DNA of 64,000 nt from positions 7,683-71,682 of the forward strand of contig CALECT010000074.1 of assembly GCA_937949725.1 (NCBI GenBank), given 5' to 3'. The DNA is from an uncultured Pseudanabaenaceae cyanobacterium (GTDB lineage Bacteria > Cyanobacteriota > Cyanobacteriia > PCC-9006 > JAAUQQ01). This document shows positions 55,017-64,000 of the stretch, one piece after another. The notes under the pieces were generated by a model, which made no database searches, was not told the DNA's origin, and saw only the letters and a list, made by a program, of their open reading frames with translations. The position numbers were made by a program, and so were the translations under genes. The stretch's first letter is position 1, and each line of letters begins with the position of its first letter.

Positions 55017-55952
55017 ATGGCCATCTGTGTGTTCGGAAGCCTCAACATGGATATGGCCATGGGCGTGGTCAAGCTGCCCCTGCCCGGCGAAACCGTTCGC
55101 AGTAAAAACTACGAACTGCTGGCCGGGGGTAAGGGGGGAAATCAGGCGATCGCCGTTGCTCGCCAAAACGTCCCGGTGCAAATGGTGGGCCGGGTGGGCT
55201 ATGACAACTACGGCAATGTCCTGCTCGACAGCATGGAAAAAGAGGGCATTGGGGTGGACGGCATTGTCATGGATACCAATGCCACCACCGGGCTAGCTGT
55301 AATTGCCGTGGCCGATACGGGCGAGAACCACATCATTCTCAGTGCCGGGGCCAACGGCAATATGGGCCTGGATGATGTGGAGCGCCTTAAGCCTCTCTTA
55401 CCCAAATGCAAATACCTGATGTTGCAGTTGGAGATTCCCCTCAAGACTGCGACCGCCGCAGCGAAGGCCGCCAAAGAAGCCGGGGTTAAAGTCATTCTCG
55501 ATCCTGCCCCCGCCCAGGCGATCGCCAACGAAAAGCTCTTTGGCCTCGTCGATATCATCACCCCCAACCAAATCGAAGCCGGTCGCCTCTGCGGCTTCCC
55601 AGTGATGACCCCCAGCGATGCCCTCAGCGCCGCCAAAGCCATCCAAAAGCGCGGCATCCCTGAAGTCGTCGTCACCCTAGGCGAGCATGGCTCCTTCTGC
55701 GCCACCGCTGATGCCGCCATGGCTGTTCCGCCTTATCGAGTCACTGCCCTGGATACCACAGCCTGTGGCGATGCCTTCAATGGGGCCATGGTCGCCGCGC
55801 TCTACCAGGGCCGCTCCTTCTTTGAAGCCTGCCAATGGGGCAATGCTGCCGGAGCCCTGACCGCCATTCGGCCCGGCACCCAAATCTCGATCCCCCATCA
55901 CTTTGAGCTGGAGGGCTTCCTCAGTCAGCACGCCGCCCAAACCGAGGATTGA
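55017..55952 (+). CDS. rbsK: Ribokinase
   Basis: FGSLNMD, GGKGGNQAIA, and the anion-hole/catalytic motif DTTACGDAFNGA. Confidence 0.9.
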   Translation: MAICVFGSLNMDMAMGVVKLPLPGETVRSKNYELLAGGKGGNQAIAVARQNVPVQMVGRVGYDNYGNVLLDSMEKEGIGVDGIVMDTNATTGLAVIAVADTGENHIILSAGANGNMGLDDVERLKPLLPKCKYLMLQLEIPLKTATAAAKAAKEAGVKVILDPAPAQAIANEKLFGLVDIITPNQIEAGRLCGFPVMTPSDALSAAKAIQKRGIPEVVVTLGEHGSFCATADAAMAVPPYRVTALDTTACGDAFNGAMVAALYQGRSFFEACQWGNAAGALTAIRPGTQISIPHHFELEGFLSQHAAQTED

Positions 55953-56141
55953 CAAAATTGCATCTTTTGAGACTCGATGCCCCAAAAGATGCATCACCAA
56001 CCCAGCCAGCGATGGAACGTGCATTGAATCAAACCCAATGCAAGGTCGGGATCGGGTCTCCTAACCCAGCTTGGCCAAACCCAGCCCATAGATCGCGATT
56101 CGTTGTAGCCCCAATTCAGGCATTCACTACACCTTATTTCT

Positions 56142-57092
56142 ATGCCTCTCATTATTGATTGTGACCCCGGCATTGATGATGCCGTGGCTCTGCTTCTCGC
56201 GATGGCTTCTCCTCAGCTCGATATTCTGGGCATCACCACCGTTGCCGGTAACGTCAGCATCGACACCACCAGCAACAATGCGCGCAGCATCTGCGAGCTG
56301 GGTCAGCGGCCAGACCTCAAAATCTTTCCGGGCTGCCCCCGCCCCATGGTGCGCAAGCCCATCGTCGCAGCCCACGTTCATGGCGAAAATGGCCTGGGCG
56401 GCGTCAGCTTTCCGCAACCTCAGATGCCTTTACAACCGCTTCATGGCGTAGACTTCCTGCGAGACAGCCTACTCCAAGTCTCAGCTCCCATCACCCTGGC
56501 AACCCTGGGGCCGCTAACGAACGTTGCAACAGCTCTAATTCAGGCCCCGGAGATTGCTCAAAAGCTAGAGCGTATCGTCATGATGGGGGGAGCGGTGGGC
56601 GCAGGCAACGTTACGGGTGCTGCCGAATTCAACTTTTATACAGACCCCCACGCAGCCCAAGTTGTATTACAGACTGCGGCAGAATATGAGGTGCCCGTAG
56701 TGGTGATTCCATTGGACGTGACCCATCGGGCGATCGCCACACCAGCCCGTCGCCAAGCCCTGCGCAACCTATCTTCCGGCAACCGCAACAATCCCGCAGA
56801 AACTGTCGCCACAATGCTCGACAACTACGGCCTACGGGAGCAGCGAGAGATGGGCTTCGCGGGGCCGCCTCTGCATGACCCCTGCGTGATTGCCTATCTA
56901 CTCCAACCAGCATTGTTTGAGACCGAATCTGTTTCTGCCACGATTGAGATTACCAGTCAGCTAACCCAGGGACGATTAGTGATTGACCGCAATGGAGAGC
57001 TGGATTTACCGGGGCAGATTGAGCTAGCGACCAACATTGATGCCGATGGTTTTTATGGATTGTTGACGGAGGCACTGGGTCAGCTTGGTTAG
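56142..57092 (+). CDS. Nucleoside hydrolase (IU-NH family)
   Basis: The N-terminal fingerprint LIIDCDPGIDDAVALL and the later LHDPC are present. Confidence 0.9.
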   Translation: MPLIIDCDPGIDDAVALLLAMASPQLDILGITTVAGNVSIDTTSNNARSICELGQRPDLKIFPGCPRPMVRKPIVAAHVHGENGLGGVSFPQPQMPLQPLHGVDFLRDSLLQVSAPITLATLGPLTNVATALIQAPEIAQKLERIVMMGGAVGAGNVTGAAEFNFYTDPHAAQVVLQTAAEYEVPVVVIPLDVTHRAIATPARRQALRNLSSGNRNNPAETVATMLDNYGLREQREMGFAGPPLHDPCVIAYLLQPALFETESVSATIEITSQLTQGRLVIDRNGELDLPGQIELATNIDADGFYGLLTEALGQLG

Positions 57093-57279
57093 GATAGGCT
57101 GGGTGATGGCGATCGCTAGTGCGTAAGGGTTCAATGGGGCAGCGAAGGGGGTTACGTTTTAGATGACATGGCGCAGTGCCATATCGCTACAGACTGTCGT
57201 TTTGTCATTGGCGGGTTAGGACATTGCTGTACCTCGTCATAACGATGGTCTCGGGTCGCTTAAAATTTCTTTTGACTCA

Positions 57280-58074
57280 ATGTTCTTCTTCCTTTCTAAA
57301 CTCCTCCCCCTGCTCGTTTATCCCCTGGGACTGAGTCTCCTCCTGCTTTGCCTGGCACTTTACTGGCTCAAGCGCCATCCCCGTCGCGCTCGCATCACCA
57401 TTGCAAGCAGCATTGTAATCCTCTGGCTCAGCAGCACACCTCTCTTGCGTAATGCGCTTCTGCTAAATCTTGAGCGACAGAATCTCCCCCCGGAGAATCT
57501 CCCCACCGCAGATTTGATCATCGTCCTGGGCGGTGCTACTCGCTCCCATGCCCCCCCTAGGCCCTGGGTTGACCTCAGCCAAGAAGGCGATCGCATCATC
57601 CATGCCGCCCAGCTCTACCAGCAAGGCAAAGCTCCCAAAGTCCTAGTCAGTGGAGGCCGCATCGGCTTGTTCGCCGCAGAATCATCAGAAGCCGAAGACA
57701 TGGCCCAGCTCCTGGAATTCATGGGTGTGCCCAGCAACGCCATCATCAAAGAGCCCAACTCCTACAACACTCGCGAAAACGCACTCTACAGTAAAGCTGT
57801 GCTTGAAAAAGCAGACCTCGACCCCGAAACTCTGGACATCCTGCTTGTCACCTCAGCCATGCACATGCCCCGTGCCAGGCAAATTTTCGAGAAGCTGGGA
57901 ATGGAGGTCATCCCTGCACCCACCGATTTCCTCATTGCTGATAGCGATCGCCCCTTAGACTCCCGCGCTCGCCTCATCAGCCTTCTGCCCCAGGCCCAGA
58001 ACCTCCACTTCGTCTCCCGTGCTATCAAGGAATACATCGGTCTTTTCGTCTACCGCCTTAAGGGTTGGGCCTAG
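57280..58074 (+). CDS. YdcF/DUF218-family protein
   Basis: N-terminal TM helices, then LIIVLGGATRS and VLVSGG motifs. Confidence 0.8.
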   Translation: MFFFLSKLLPLLVYPLGLSLLLLCLALYWLKRHPRRARITIASSIVILWLSSTPLLRNALLLNLERQNLPPENLPTADLIIVLGGATRSHAPPRPWVDLSQEGDRIIHAAQLYQQGKAPKVLVSGGRIGLFAAESSEAEDMAQLLEFMGVPSNAIIKEPNSYNTRENALYSKAVLEKADLDPETLDILLVTSAMHMPRARQIFEKLGMEVIPAPTDFLIADSDRPLDSRARLISLLPQAQNLHFVSRAIKEYIGLFVYRLKGWA

Positions 58075-58183
58075 AGGGCAGTCCTCAGCAGACTCAGCCC
58101 TAGCTCATCTTTAGCCCAAACCAGAACGGTATGATAAGAGCCTCTTAATTTCCCATCGAGGCGTCAAATCGCCTCTCCTCAGC

Positions 58184-58879
58184 GTGCAAGTTCAATTGTC
58201 TCTCCGTCGCCTAGTCCTGATCTTGCTCGGGGTGTTAACGATCCTCGCGATCGCCAGCAGCGCCGTCCAAGTCGGGAAGTATGTCTACGACTACCGCGAA
58301 GGCTGGACCCGCATGGTCAACATGGATCGGGAGATGAACCTGCCCACCTGGTATGAGGCAGCGTTGATGGCTGCCAGTGGCACTCTCCTGGGCATCATTG
58401 CCCAGCGCAAACAAGAACTTCAGGATCGCTTCAGTCGCGACTGGCGGTTGCTCTCTCGCATTTTTTATTTATTGGCGTTCGACGAAATAGTCGGCATCCA
58501 TGAGCTATTCATCCTGCCAGACCTAGCAGATGATCTTCAGCTTCCCTGGTTTCTCCATTCCACTTGGGTCATCCCTGGCATCATTGCCGTCGGCTTATTT
58601 ATCCGCCGCTTCTGGCGCTTCGGCAAACATCTGGAGCGCTCAACTCGATGGCGATTTGTCGGCTCCCTCAGCCTCTTCGTCTTTGGTGTGATTGGCATGG
58701 AAATGGTCGGCAGTACCTACGCCCAATGGCAACACCAGCAAAGCCTGGGCTACGCGATGATTGCGACCCTCGAAGAAGTCATCGAGACCTGCGGCATGAT
58801 TGCGTTTATTTATGCCCTGCTCAGCTACCTGCGCGATCTCCAAGGCAGCTTAAATATTGAGATCAAGCTGTTGCCTTAG
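58184..58879 (+). CDS. Polytopic membrane protein, hypothetical
   Basis: GTG-initiated ORF with about six hydrophobic helices. No motif recognised. Confidence 0.6.
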   Translation: MQVQLSLRRLVLILLGVLTILAIASSAVQVGKYVYDYREGWTRMVNMDREMNLPTWYEAALMAASGTLLGIIAQRKQELQDRFSRDWRLLSRIFYLLAFDEIVGIHELFILPDLADDLQLPWFLHSTWVIPGIIAVGLFIRRFWRFGKHLERSTRWRFVGSLSLFVFGVIGMEMVGSTYAQWQHQQSLGYAMIATLEEVIETCGMIAFIYALLSYLRDLQGSLNIEIKLLP

Positions 58880-59005
58880 GGATGAGGATTATGAGGCCAT
58901 TGGTTTACAGACGCTAGGGCTGACATAGCATGCCATGTCACGACGGTGGCATCAGGCCTTATTCAATTGCTATCCCTTGGAGCGGAAGCGATCGCCAAAT
59001 AACAA

Positions 59006-59042
59006 AGACAGCTCCTCCCGGAGCAAATGGGAGGAGCTGTCT
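59006..59042 (-). terminator. Strong intrinsic terminator hairpin (14-bp perfect stem), U-tract on the minus strand
   Basis: agacagctcctccc / gggaggagctgtct with a 9-nt loop. On the minus strand it is followed by TTTGTTATTT. On the plus strand it is followed only by TAAAAATT. Confidence 0.65.
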
Positions 59043-59632
59043 TAAAAATTCAGACCTACCTGGTATAGGCCTAAATTATTTTGGGGCTCTCGGGTGGGAG
59101 ATGAATCCACCGTTGAATATTCGACCCGGAGCTGTGAACCACAACGCCAGCGAATTCCCCCTACACCACTCGAACAAACGAGCGAAACCTCTAGATCGTC
59201 CCTGATGACCGGTTAAGAGGCTTACTGTCCTCTCGCACCCAAGAAGTCTGTCTTGGGGGGCGAAGGAGCAGGTCGGACCACCTGGGGGCAGGCGGTAAGT
59301 TTGTTCAACTACGTGAACTCACTGAAATTAGATTAACTGCCCAAAGCTAGAGACCTCAAGGGTAGCCGGGGTAGCTTTATTAAAACCATACATTCCTTGT
59401 TGGCTAGGACATGGGGCAGTGGCTATTCTCTCCGTAGAATTAACAGGCTGAAATCCCCTGTGGATAGGGTGGTCCTGGCACAGGACAAGATCCTGATCAC
59501 GTTTCCCTCATCAGAGGACTCTCTATCGGGTGTTCATCAACTGAGGTGTTGCAGCAGGCGATCGCTTCGAGTAATGCCTGATATCGACCAGAGCCACCTT
59601 AGTCTTGCGTCGCATCGCCAATTCCGAAGTCA

Positions 59633-60601
59633 TTAGCGTCCCGTGCCACCAGTCCAATCCGCTCGACGCTGCCGCAACTGCGTCTCCTCCAGGATCTTGC
59701 GATTCACCGCCAGCAAGTCAGCGATGAAGGCAAAGAGCCAGAGCTGAACCCCGATGAGCAGCAAGATCGCCGCCAGAATCAGGCTAGGAATGCGGGTGCG
59801 ATCGCTTCCTGCTGCAAAGAAAACCAACCAGCGAATCCCTAACAGCAGCCCCATCCCAAAGGGCAAGCCTCCCAGGAAAATGAAAAACCGCATGGGCCGG
59901 TAGGTCATGAAAATGCGCAGGATGGTGAACAGCGAGCGCCGCACATAGGTTGGGATACTCTTCACCAACCGCGAAGGCCGCAAATAGCCATTCGTCCGAA
60001 TCGGTACCCCCACAATGGACATGCCCCGCTGGCCCGCCTGAATAATCGTCTCCAGGGTGTAGGTGTACTCGTTAAACACATTCAGCTGGAGCGCCGCCTC
60101 CCGGCTAATGGCCCGAAAGCCGCTAGGGGCATCGGGAATTTGGGTGCCGCTGGCGCTGCGAACTACCCAGCTGCCCAGCTTTTGCAGCAGCTTCTTGACC
60201 GGGGAAAAATGCTGAATCTCTGAGATTGGTCTTGCGCCCACAACAATATCGGCATCGCCCCGAACAATCGGCTCCACCAGCTTGGGAATATCCGCCGCGC
60301 AATATTGGTTATCCGCATCGGTGTTGACGATGATGTCTGCGCCAGCGCGAACACAGGCCTCTAGCCCGGCCATAAAGCCTCGCGCCAGACCTTGGTTATG
60401 GGGGAGTTGCACGATATAGTTGACGCCGCAACTTTTTGCAACTTCCACGGTGCGATCGCGACTGCCATCATCAATGATTAACCATTCCACCACCTCTACC
60501 CCCGGCACCTCCCGAGGCAGCTCCGAAAGCGTCAGGCCCAGGGTTCCCTCCTCGTTGTAGCAAGGGATTTGAATGATGAGTTTCTTGAACGACTGAGCCA
60601 T
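59633..60601 (-). CDS. Glycosyltransferase family 2 (polyprenol-phosphate glycosyltransferase-like)
   Basis: IQIPCYNEE, LIIDDGSRDRT, NTDADNQY, plus two C-terminal TM helices. Confidence 0.9.
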   Translation of the reverse strand: MAQSFKKLIIQIPCYNEEGTLGLTLSELPREVPGVEVVEWLIIDDGSRDRTVEVAKSCGVNYIVQLPHNQGLARGFMAGLEACVRAGADIIVNTDADNQYCAADIPKLVEPIVRGDADIVVGARPISEIQHFSPVKKLLQKLGSWVVRSASGTQIPDAPSGFRAISREAALQLNVFNEYTYTLETIIQAGQRGMSIVGVPIRTNGYLRPSRLVKSIPTYVRRSLFTILRIFMTYRPMRFFIFLGGLPFGMGLLLGIRWLVFFAAGSDRTRIPSLILAAILLLIGVQLWLFAFIADLLAVNRKILEETQLRQRRADWTGGTGR

Positions 60602-60839
60602 GGCAGAGATGCGAGCAGACCGCTGAGTTGAAAAGATAAACCTCTGCCATTGTCCCAGCCTGTGGGCCTAACCTGAATTCGACAAGCAGCTAGACATCCT
60701 CTCCCCTAAAGAAGCGAGAAAAACCAGGGCCGCAAGCCTCGTTGTGCCTCAGCTTCTCTTGCTCCTTGAGCCTGAGTTCGACAAGTTTAGGGCTGGCTTG
60801 GCTCTGCTGCCGTGAGCTAAAGTTCACGGCTAAAAGCTC

Positions 60840-60859
60840 AAGTCCGTGAAAACGGACTT
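60840..60859 (-). terminator. Hairpin with tetraloop just downstream of the GH3 gene
   Basis: aagtccgt-gaaa-acggactt (8-bp stem), 16 nt past the stop. The minus-strand downstream sequence is UGAGCUUUUA. A second hairpin (ccgtga...tcacgg) follows. Confidence 0.4.
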
Positions 60860-60875
60860 AACAGCCCACCAGCGC

Positions 60876-62561
60876 TCAATCGGTAAAGCCTGCGTTGGCG
60901 CTGCGGTCATTGGCTCCAACACGCTGGCCAAAGAGACTGCCCAGAGCGATCGCTTGGGCTTCCGGCATTTGTCCATAGCTGAACACGGCGGGAACTTCGA
61001 CGGGCAATTGACTGATAAACGTGCGCCAGGCATAGGGACTGCCATAAAGGACCAAGCCTTGCAAGCAGTGGTTACTCAAAAGCTGATCCAGGCAGATCTG
61101 AGCCGTTTGGGTCAGGCCAGCACTGCCCCGAAAGGGATTGCCGCGAATAAACAGCTGTAGCAGCGTGGGCTGCTCCGTGCGCAGCCTCAGATGGGACTGG
61201 TTATCCACCCAGTGGGACTCATAGCCCAGGCTATTGGGCAAGGCGATCGCCGGGGTATGGCGACCTAGGAATGGCGCATCCAAGAGACTATCTACGACCA
61301 CCATATTCAGTGGAGCTGACCCCGTTGGCGTAGCAAGTTGCAGAGGCACCTGGCCCTGAACCGCCTGGGATTCTTGCAGAACGTTATTGAGTAACTGCCG
61401 CGTCTCGGGTCGAGCCAGTCCATTGAGATCCAGCACGGGCGGCAGCTCCGTCTCCCAGCCATGGCCTGCCACGCCATCGCCCGTTAATGCCTTACCAAAA
61501 CAAGGCGTTCCCGGTCCCTGACTCACCCGCTGCTTCGCTCGCCAAATGCGCTCCACAGATTGCTCCAGCCGATCCCGCGCAATGCGCCCCGTGCGAATCG
61601 CTTCGCAAATGGCAGAAATCGCTCCCTCCGGGTCCATAGGCATCAGCAGCACATCCGCCCCGGCCTCAAAGGCCAGGACTGGCGCTTCGTATTCGCCATA
61701 CTGCTTTGTGATCGCTTGCATCACCAGGGCATCGGTGACGATTAGCCCTTCATAACCCATTTCCTCCCGCAGCAGGGCCGTGAGAATCGGCTTCGATAAC
61801 GTTGCAGGCTTGTCGCTGTCCAAGGCAGGCAGCAGCAGATGGGCCGTCATGATCGAGGCGACTTTATCGGCGATCGCCTGCTTAAACGGGGCCAGCTCAA
61901 CTGAATCAAGGCGCTCGCGGTCATGGGGAATCACCGGCAATTCCAAATGGGAATCCGTCGCCGTATCGCCATGGCCGGGGAAATGCTTGGCTGTCGCCAG
62001 GACGGGCTGGCTTTGAGCCCCTTGGATAAAAGCGCTGATTAGAGAGCTGACGCGATCGGGCAATTCGCTAAAGGCCCGCACATTAATCACAGGGTTAGCT
62101 GGATTGTTATTCACATCCACGACTGGAGCCAGGAGCCAATTCACCCCCACTGCATGGGCTTCAATCGCCGTGGTCTCGCCCAGCTTGAATGCTAATGCCT
62201 TGGCTCGTTCTAAATCTATTGCCGCGATCGCCCCCAAGGCCATCGGCGGCGGCATCCAAGTCGCCCCCTCAAACCGCTGTCCCACACCCTCCTCAATATC
62301 CGCCGCCATCAGCAGCGGAATCTCAGCCCATTCCTGGAGTTGAGCCGTCTTCGTCGCCAGCTCCGCCGCACTGCCCCCCAGAAAAATAACGCCCCCCACG
62401 CCCAGGTCTTCCACCCAATGCTTCAGGGTGGCTTGGCGAGCCTCCCACTGGGGATAGCGAATTTGGTGATCAAATAGATAACCGCTGGTCCGCACCACAA
62501 AAAGCTGGGCGACCTGCTGCTCAAGGGAAAGCTGCTGCCAGTCAGGGAGGAGGGGCTGCAT
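60876..62561 (-). CDS. Glycoside hydrolase family 3, beta-N-acetylhexosaminidase (NagZ-like) with C-terminal extension
   Basis: KHFPGHGDTATDSH, GLIVTDAL. ATG 62561 preferred over TTG 62567. Confidence 0.9.
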   Translation of the reverse strand: MQPLLPDWQQLSLEQQVAQLFVVRTSGYLFDHQIRYPQWEARQATLKHWVEDLGVGGVIFLGGSAAELATKTAQLQEWAEIPLLMAADIEEGVGQRFEGATWMPPPMALGAIAAIDLERAKALAFKLGETTAIEAHAVGVNWLLAPVVDVNNNPANPVINVRAFSELPDRVSSLISAFIQGAQSQPVLATAKHFPGHGDTATDSHLELPVIPHDRERLDSVELAPFKQAIADKVASIMTAHLLLPALDSDKPATLSKPILTALLREEMGYEGLIVTDALVMQAITKQYGEYEAPVLAFEAGADVLLMPMDPEGAISAICEAIRTGRIARDRLEQSVERIWRAKQRVSQGPGTPCFGKALTGDGVAGHGWETELPPVLDLNGLARPETRQLLNNVLQESQAVQGQVPLQLATPTGSAPLNMVVVDSLLDAPFLGRHTPAIALPNSLGYESHWVDNQSHLRLRTEQPTLLQLFIRGNPFRGSAGLTQTAQICLDQLLSNHCLQGLVLYGSPYAWRTFISQLPVEVPAVFSYGQMPEAQAIALGSLFGQRVGANDRSANAGFTD

Positions 62562-62630
62562 GAACAATCAAGGATCACGAAGGAGTAGCAGTAGGGTCCG
62601 GCGATCGCGACGTTAAGTCAAGCCAGAGAA

Positions 62631-62663
62631 GCGGAGTGACATGGCAATGCCATGTCACTCCGC
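62631..62663 (-). terminator. 33-nt palindrome downstream of rbfA; CATGGCAATGCCATG hairpin family
   Basis: gcggagtgacatggcaatgccatgtcactccgc has the same length and core as 15492-15524. Confidence 0.45.
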
Positions 62664-62691
62664 GCATTTAATCCTCATTGCCTTGCGTTAG

Positions 62692-63135
62692 CTAACCCTC
62701 AGCATTGGGCAGCTCATCCTTCTCTGGGTCAACTTCTCCCAAAGGATTGGCATTTAGCAGGGCATCGCCGCCTTTCTTTTCGCGATCTATCGCCAACTGG
62801 TTGATCAAGCTCAGCACCCCACTGCCCCGCTCAATCCCCTTATCTTCCACGAACAGGACCGTCGGCGTGCGCCGCAGCCGAACCCGCTTACCAATCTCTC
62901 GCCGCACATAGCCCGTCGCCGACTTCAAACCTTCCATAGCCTCCCCACGGGCTTCGTCATCGCCATAGACGCTGACGAAGATTTTCACATGCTGCAAATC
63001 TCCCGCCACTTCCACATCCGTGACGCTCACCATGCCACCGCCCACGCGATCGTCCTTAATGCCCGAAATCAGTAGCTGACTCACCTCCCGCTTAATCAGG
63101 GAAGAGACTCGGGATGCACGACGTTCATTAGACAT
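62692..63135 (-). CDS. rbfA: Ribosome-binding factor A
   Basis: [17 protein letters not shown]...[23 protein letters not shown]...[22 protein letters not shown] is the RbfA KH-like signature. ATG 63135. Confidence 0.9.
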   Translation of the reverse strand: MSNERRASRVSSLIKREVSQLLISGIKDDRVGGGMVSVTDVEVAGDLQHVKIFVSVYGDDEARGEAMEGLKSATGYVRREIGKRVRLRRTPTVLFVEDKGIERGSGVLSLINQLAIDREKKGGDALLNANPLGEVDPEKDELPNAEG

Positions 63136-63339
63136 GGTTTTGTCTCCTAGGGAGATAGGAAAGATCAGGGGCGGCGAGGGCAGCAACATCCCCAACCTAA
63201 AGCTGGACATTTCGTCCAACGCATTTCTCAGCAAAAGCCAATCAAGTTAGACCGAATCCAATGATAGGAACATGGCATCACATGCTCCCTACCAGGACTC
63301 AATGCCTAAACAAATTGGGTTCGTAACCAATGCAAATTT

Positions 63340-63573
63340 CTAGAAATAATCCACTGGCGGAGGAGTCAGACCTGTCTCCGTCATCCCGAGCATCGCCTGA
63401 AGGGTGAAGGTCAAGAATAAAAAGCCAGTGACCAAAACACCCACCAAAGCCACCAAAGTCGTGCGATTGCTTAACGCAGGACGGGTCCATTCATAGAGGG
63501 AATAGAAAATGCCCAATACGAAAGTAATGAAATAACGGGGATAGCGGGAAACGTTGAGAAAGAATTCCTTCAT
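63340..63573 (-). CDS. DUF751-family small membrane protein (Ycf33-like)
   Basis: MKEFFLNVSRYPRYFITFVLGIF matches the conserved N-terminus of this cyanobacterial/plastid family as I recall it. ATG 63573. Confidence 0.7.
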   Translation of the reverse strand: MKEFFLNVSRYPRYFITFVLGIFYSLYEWTRPALSNRTTLVALVGVLVTGFLFLTFTLQAMLGMTETGLTPPPVDYF

Positions 63574-63874
63574 GGTTGGTAAGGCCCGATGTGCGTTCAG
63601 GGTCAGCGGTAGCAATGATGATTTTAACGCCTGGCCTACGCAGCGAAGCCGTTGCAGGGGGATTTGAAATGGTTGTCCCATCTCGACCTATTTATCCAAC
63701 GACAGAATATTTCCCCTACTGAGCCTCAAGCCCTCTGATTCAAGGTCACAGAGCTTTTTCACAGCCCTCTGAGTAGCATTTAGTACTTCCAAGTCTAGAA
63801 ATCGACGCAATTGCTATGTCGAGCGGCTAACGATGGGTTAATCTTAAGCGGAATAGATCGAATGTTCTGATCCT

Positions 63875-64000
63875 TTGGTTGTCTCAGCTCCTCCCAAACC
63901 TACTTCGACTGATGCGCGTCCATTCCTGAAATGGGCCGGGGGCAAGACCAAGCTTTTGCCTCAGTATCAGCCTTGCTTGCCCCAGCGGTGGAGCCGGTAT
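63875..64000 (+). CDS. DNA adenine methyltransferase (D12 class, Dam-like), partial; continues beyond the window
   Basis: My translation is ...DARPFLKWAGGKTKLLPQY... (PFLKWAGGK is the Dam N-terminal motif). The only in-frame start after stop TAG 63854-56 is TTG 63875, so the start is uncertain. Confidence 0.7.
   Translation, partial: MVVSAPPKPTSTDARPFLKWAGGKTKLLPQYQPCLPQRWSRY

Noticed and set aside
59081-59140. tRNA-like or tmRNA 3-prime domain on the minus strand (GGUGGAUUCAUCUCCCACC hairpin followed by CGAGAGCCCCA).
   Set aside because: The putative T-loop UUCAUCU lacks the conserved A58 position. The closing pair is an A-C mismatch. No matching acceptor 5-prime strand or anticodon arm was found.
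59176-59210. Hammerhead ribozyme core (GAAAC ... GUC ... CUGAUGA).
   Set aside because: The elements are in the wrong order and spacing to form three stems. No stem II hairpin followed by GAAA lies after CUGAUGA.
59255-59300. SRP RNA domain IV-like GNAR tetraloop and AGCA loop (GGCGAAGGAGCAGG).
   Set aside because: The 5-prime strand is a G-run that cannot form the conserved symmetric and asymmetric loops, and no flanking closing helix exists.
59150-59310. RNase P RNA fragments on the minus strand (ACUUACCGCC, GGGUGCGAGAGG, ACAGCUCCGGGUCGA resemble CR-II/III/V).
   Set aside because: The universally conserved P4 strand GAGGAAAGUCCGG is absent on both strands, and the putative P4 3-prime strand has no partner.

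Overview
This 64-kb chromosomal segment looks cyanobacterial. The HIP1 octamer GCGATCGC is scattered through most genes. The gene set includes raf1 (RuBisCO accumulation factor), pxcA/cemA, DevB/DevC-family exporter subunits, a DUF751/Ycf33-like protein, and many GGDEF/EAL, Ser/Thr-kinase and cell-envelope genes. I can support about 55 protein-coding genes on both strands. I recognise no rRNA, tRNA, CRISPR array, transposase or integrase. The non-genic content is notable in three ways. There are at least three families of short dispersed or palindromic repeats. There is a low-GC, HIP1-poor island at about 29.9-34.5 kb. There are two unusually long non-coding gaps (35.9-36.7 kb and 58.9-59.6 kb) with terminator-like hairpins and long-range complementarity that could hold unannotated RNAs. 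I see no complete known defence or mobile system. Two modules are system-like but unexplained. One is a PBP-vWA lipoprotein, a coiled-coil membrane protein and a PBP paralog at 4.2-8.2 kb. The other is a devB...devC pair at 39.1-45.3 kb that is split by five genes and lacks devA. All functional calls come from motif recognition by eye on the supplied translations, not from database searches. Start codons are my best choice among in-frame candidates.
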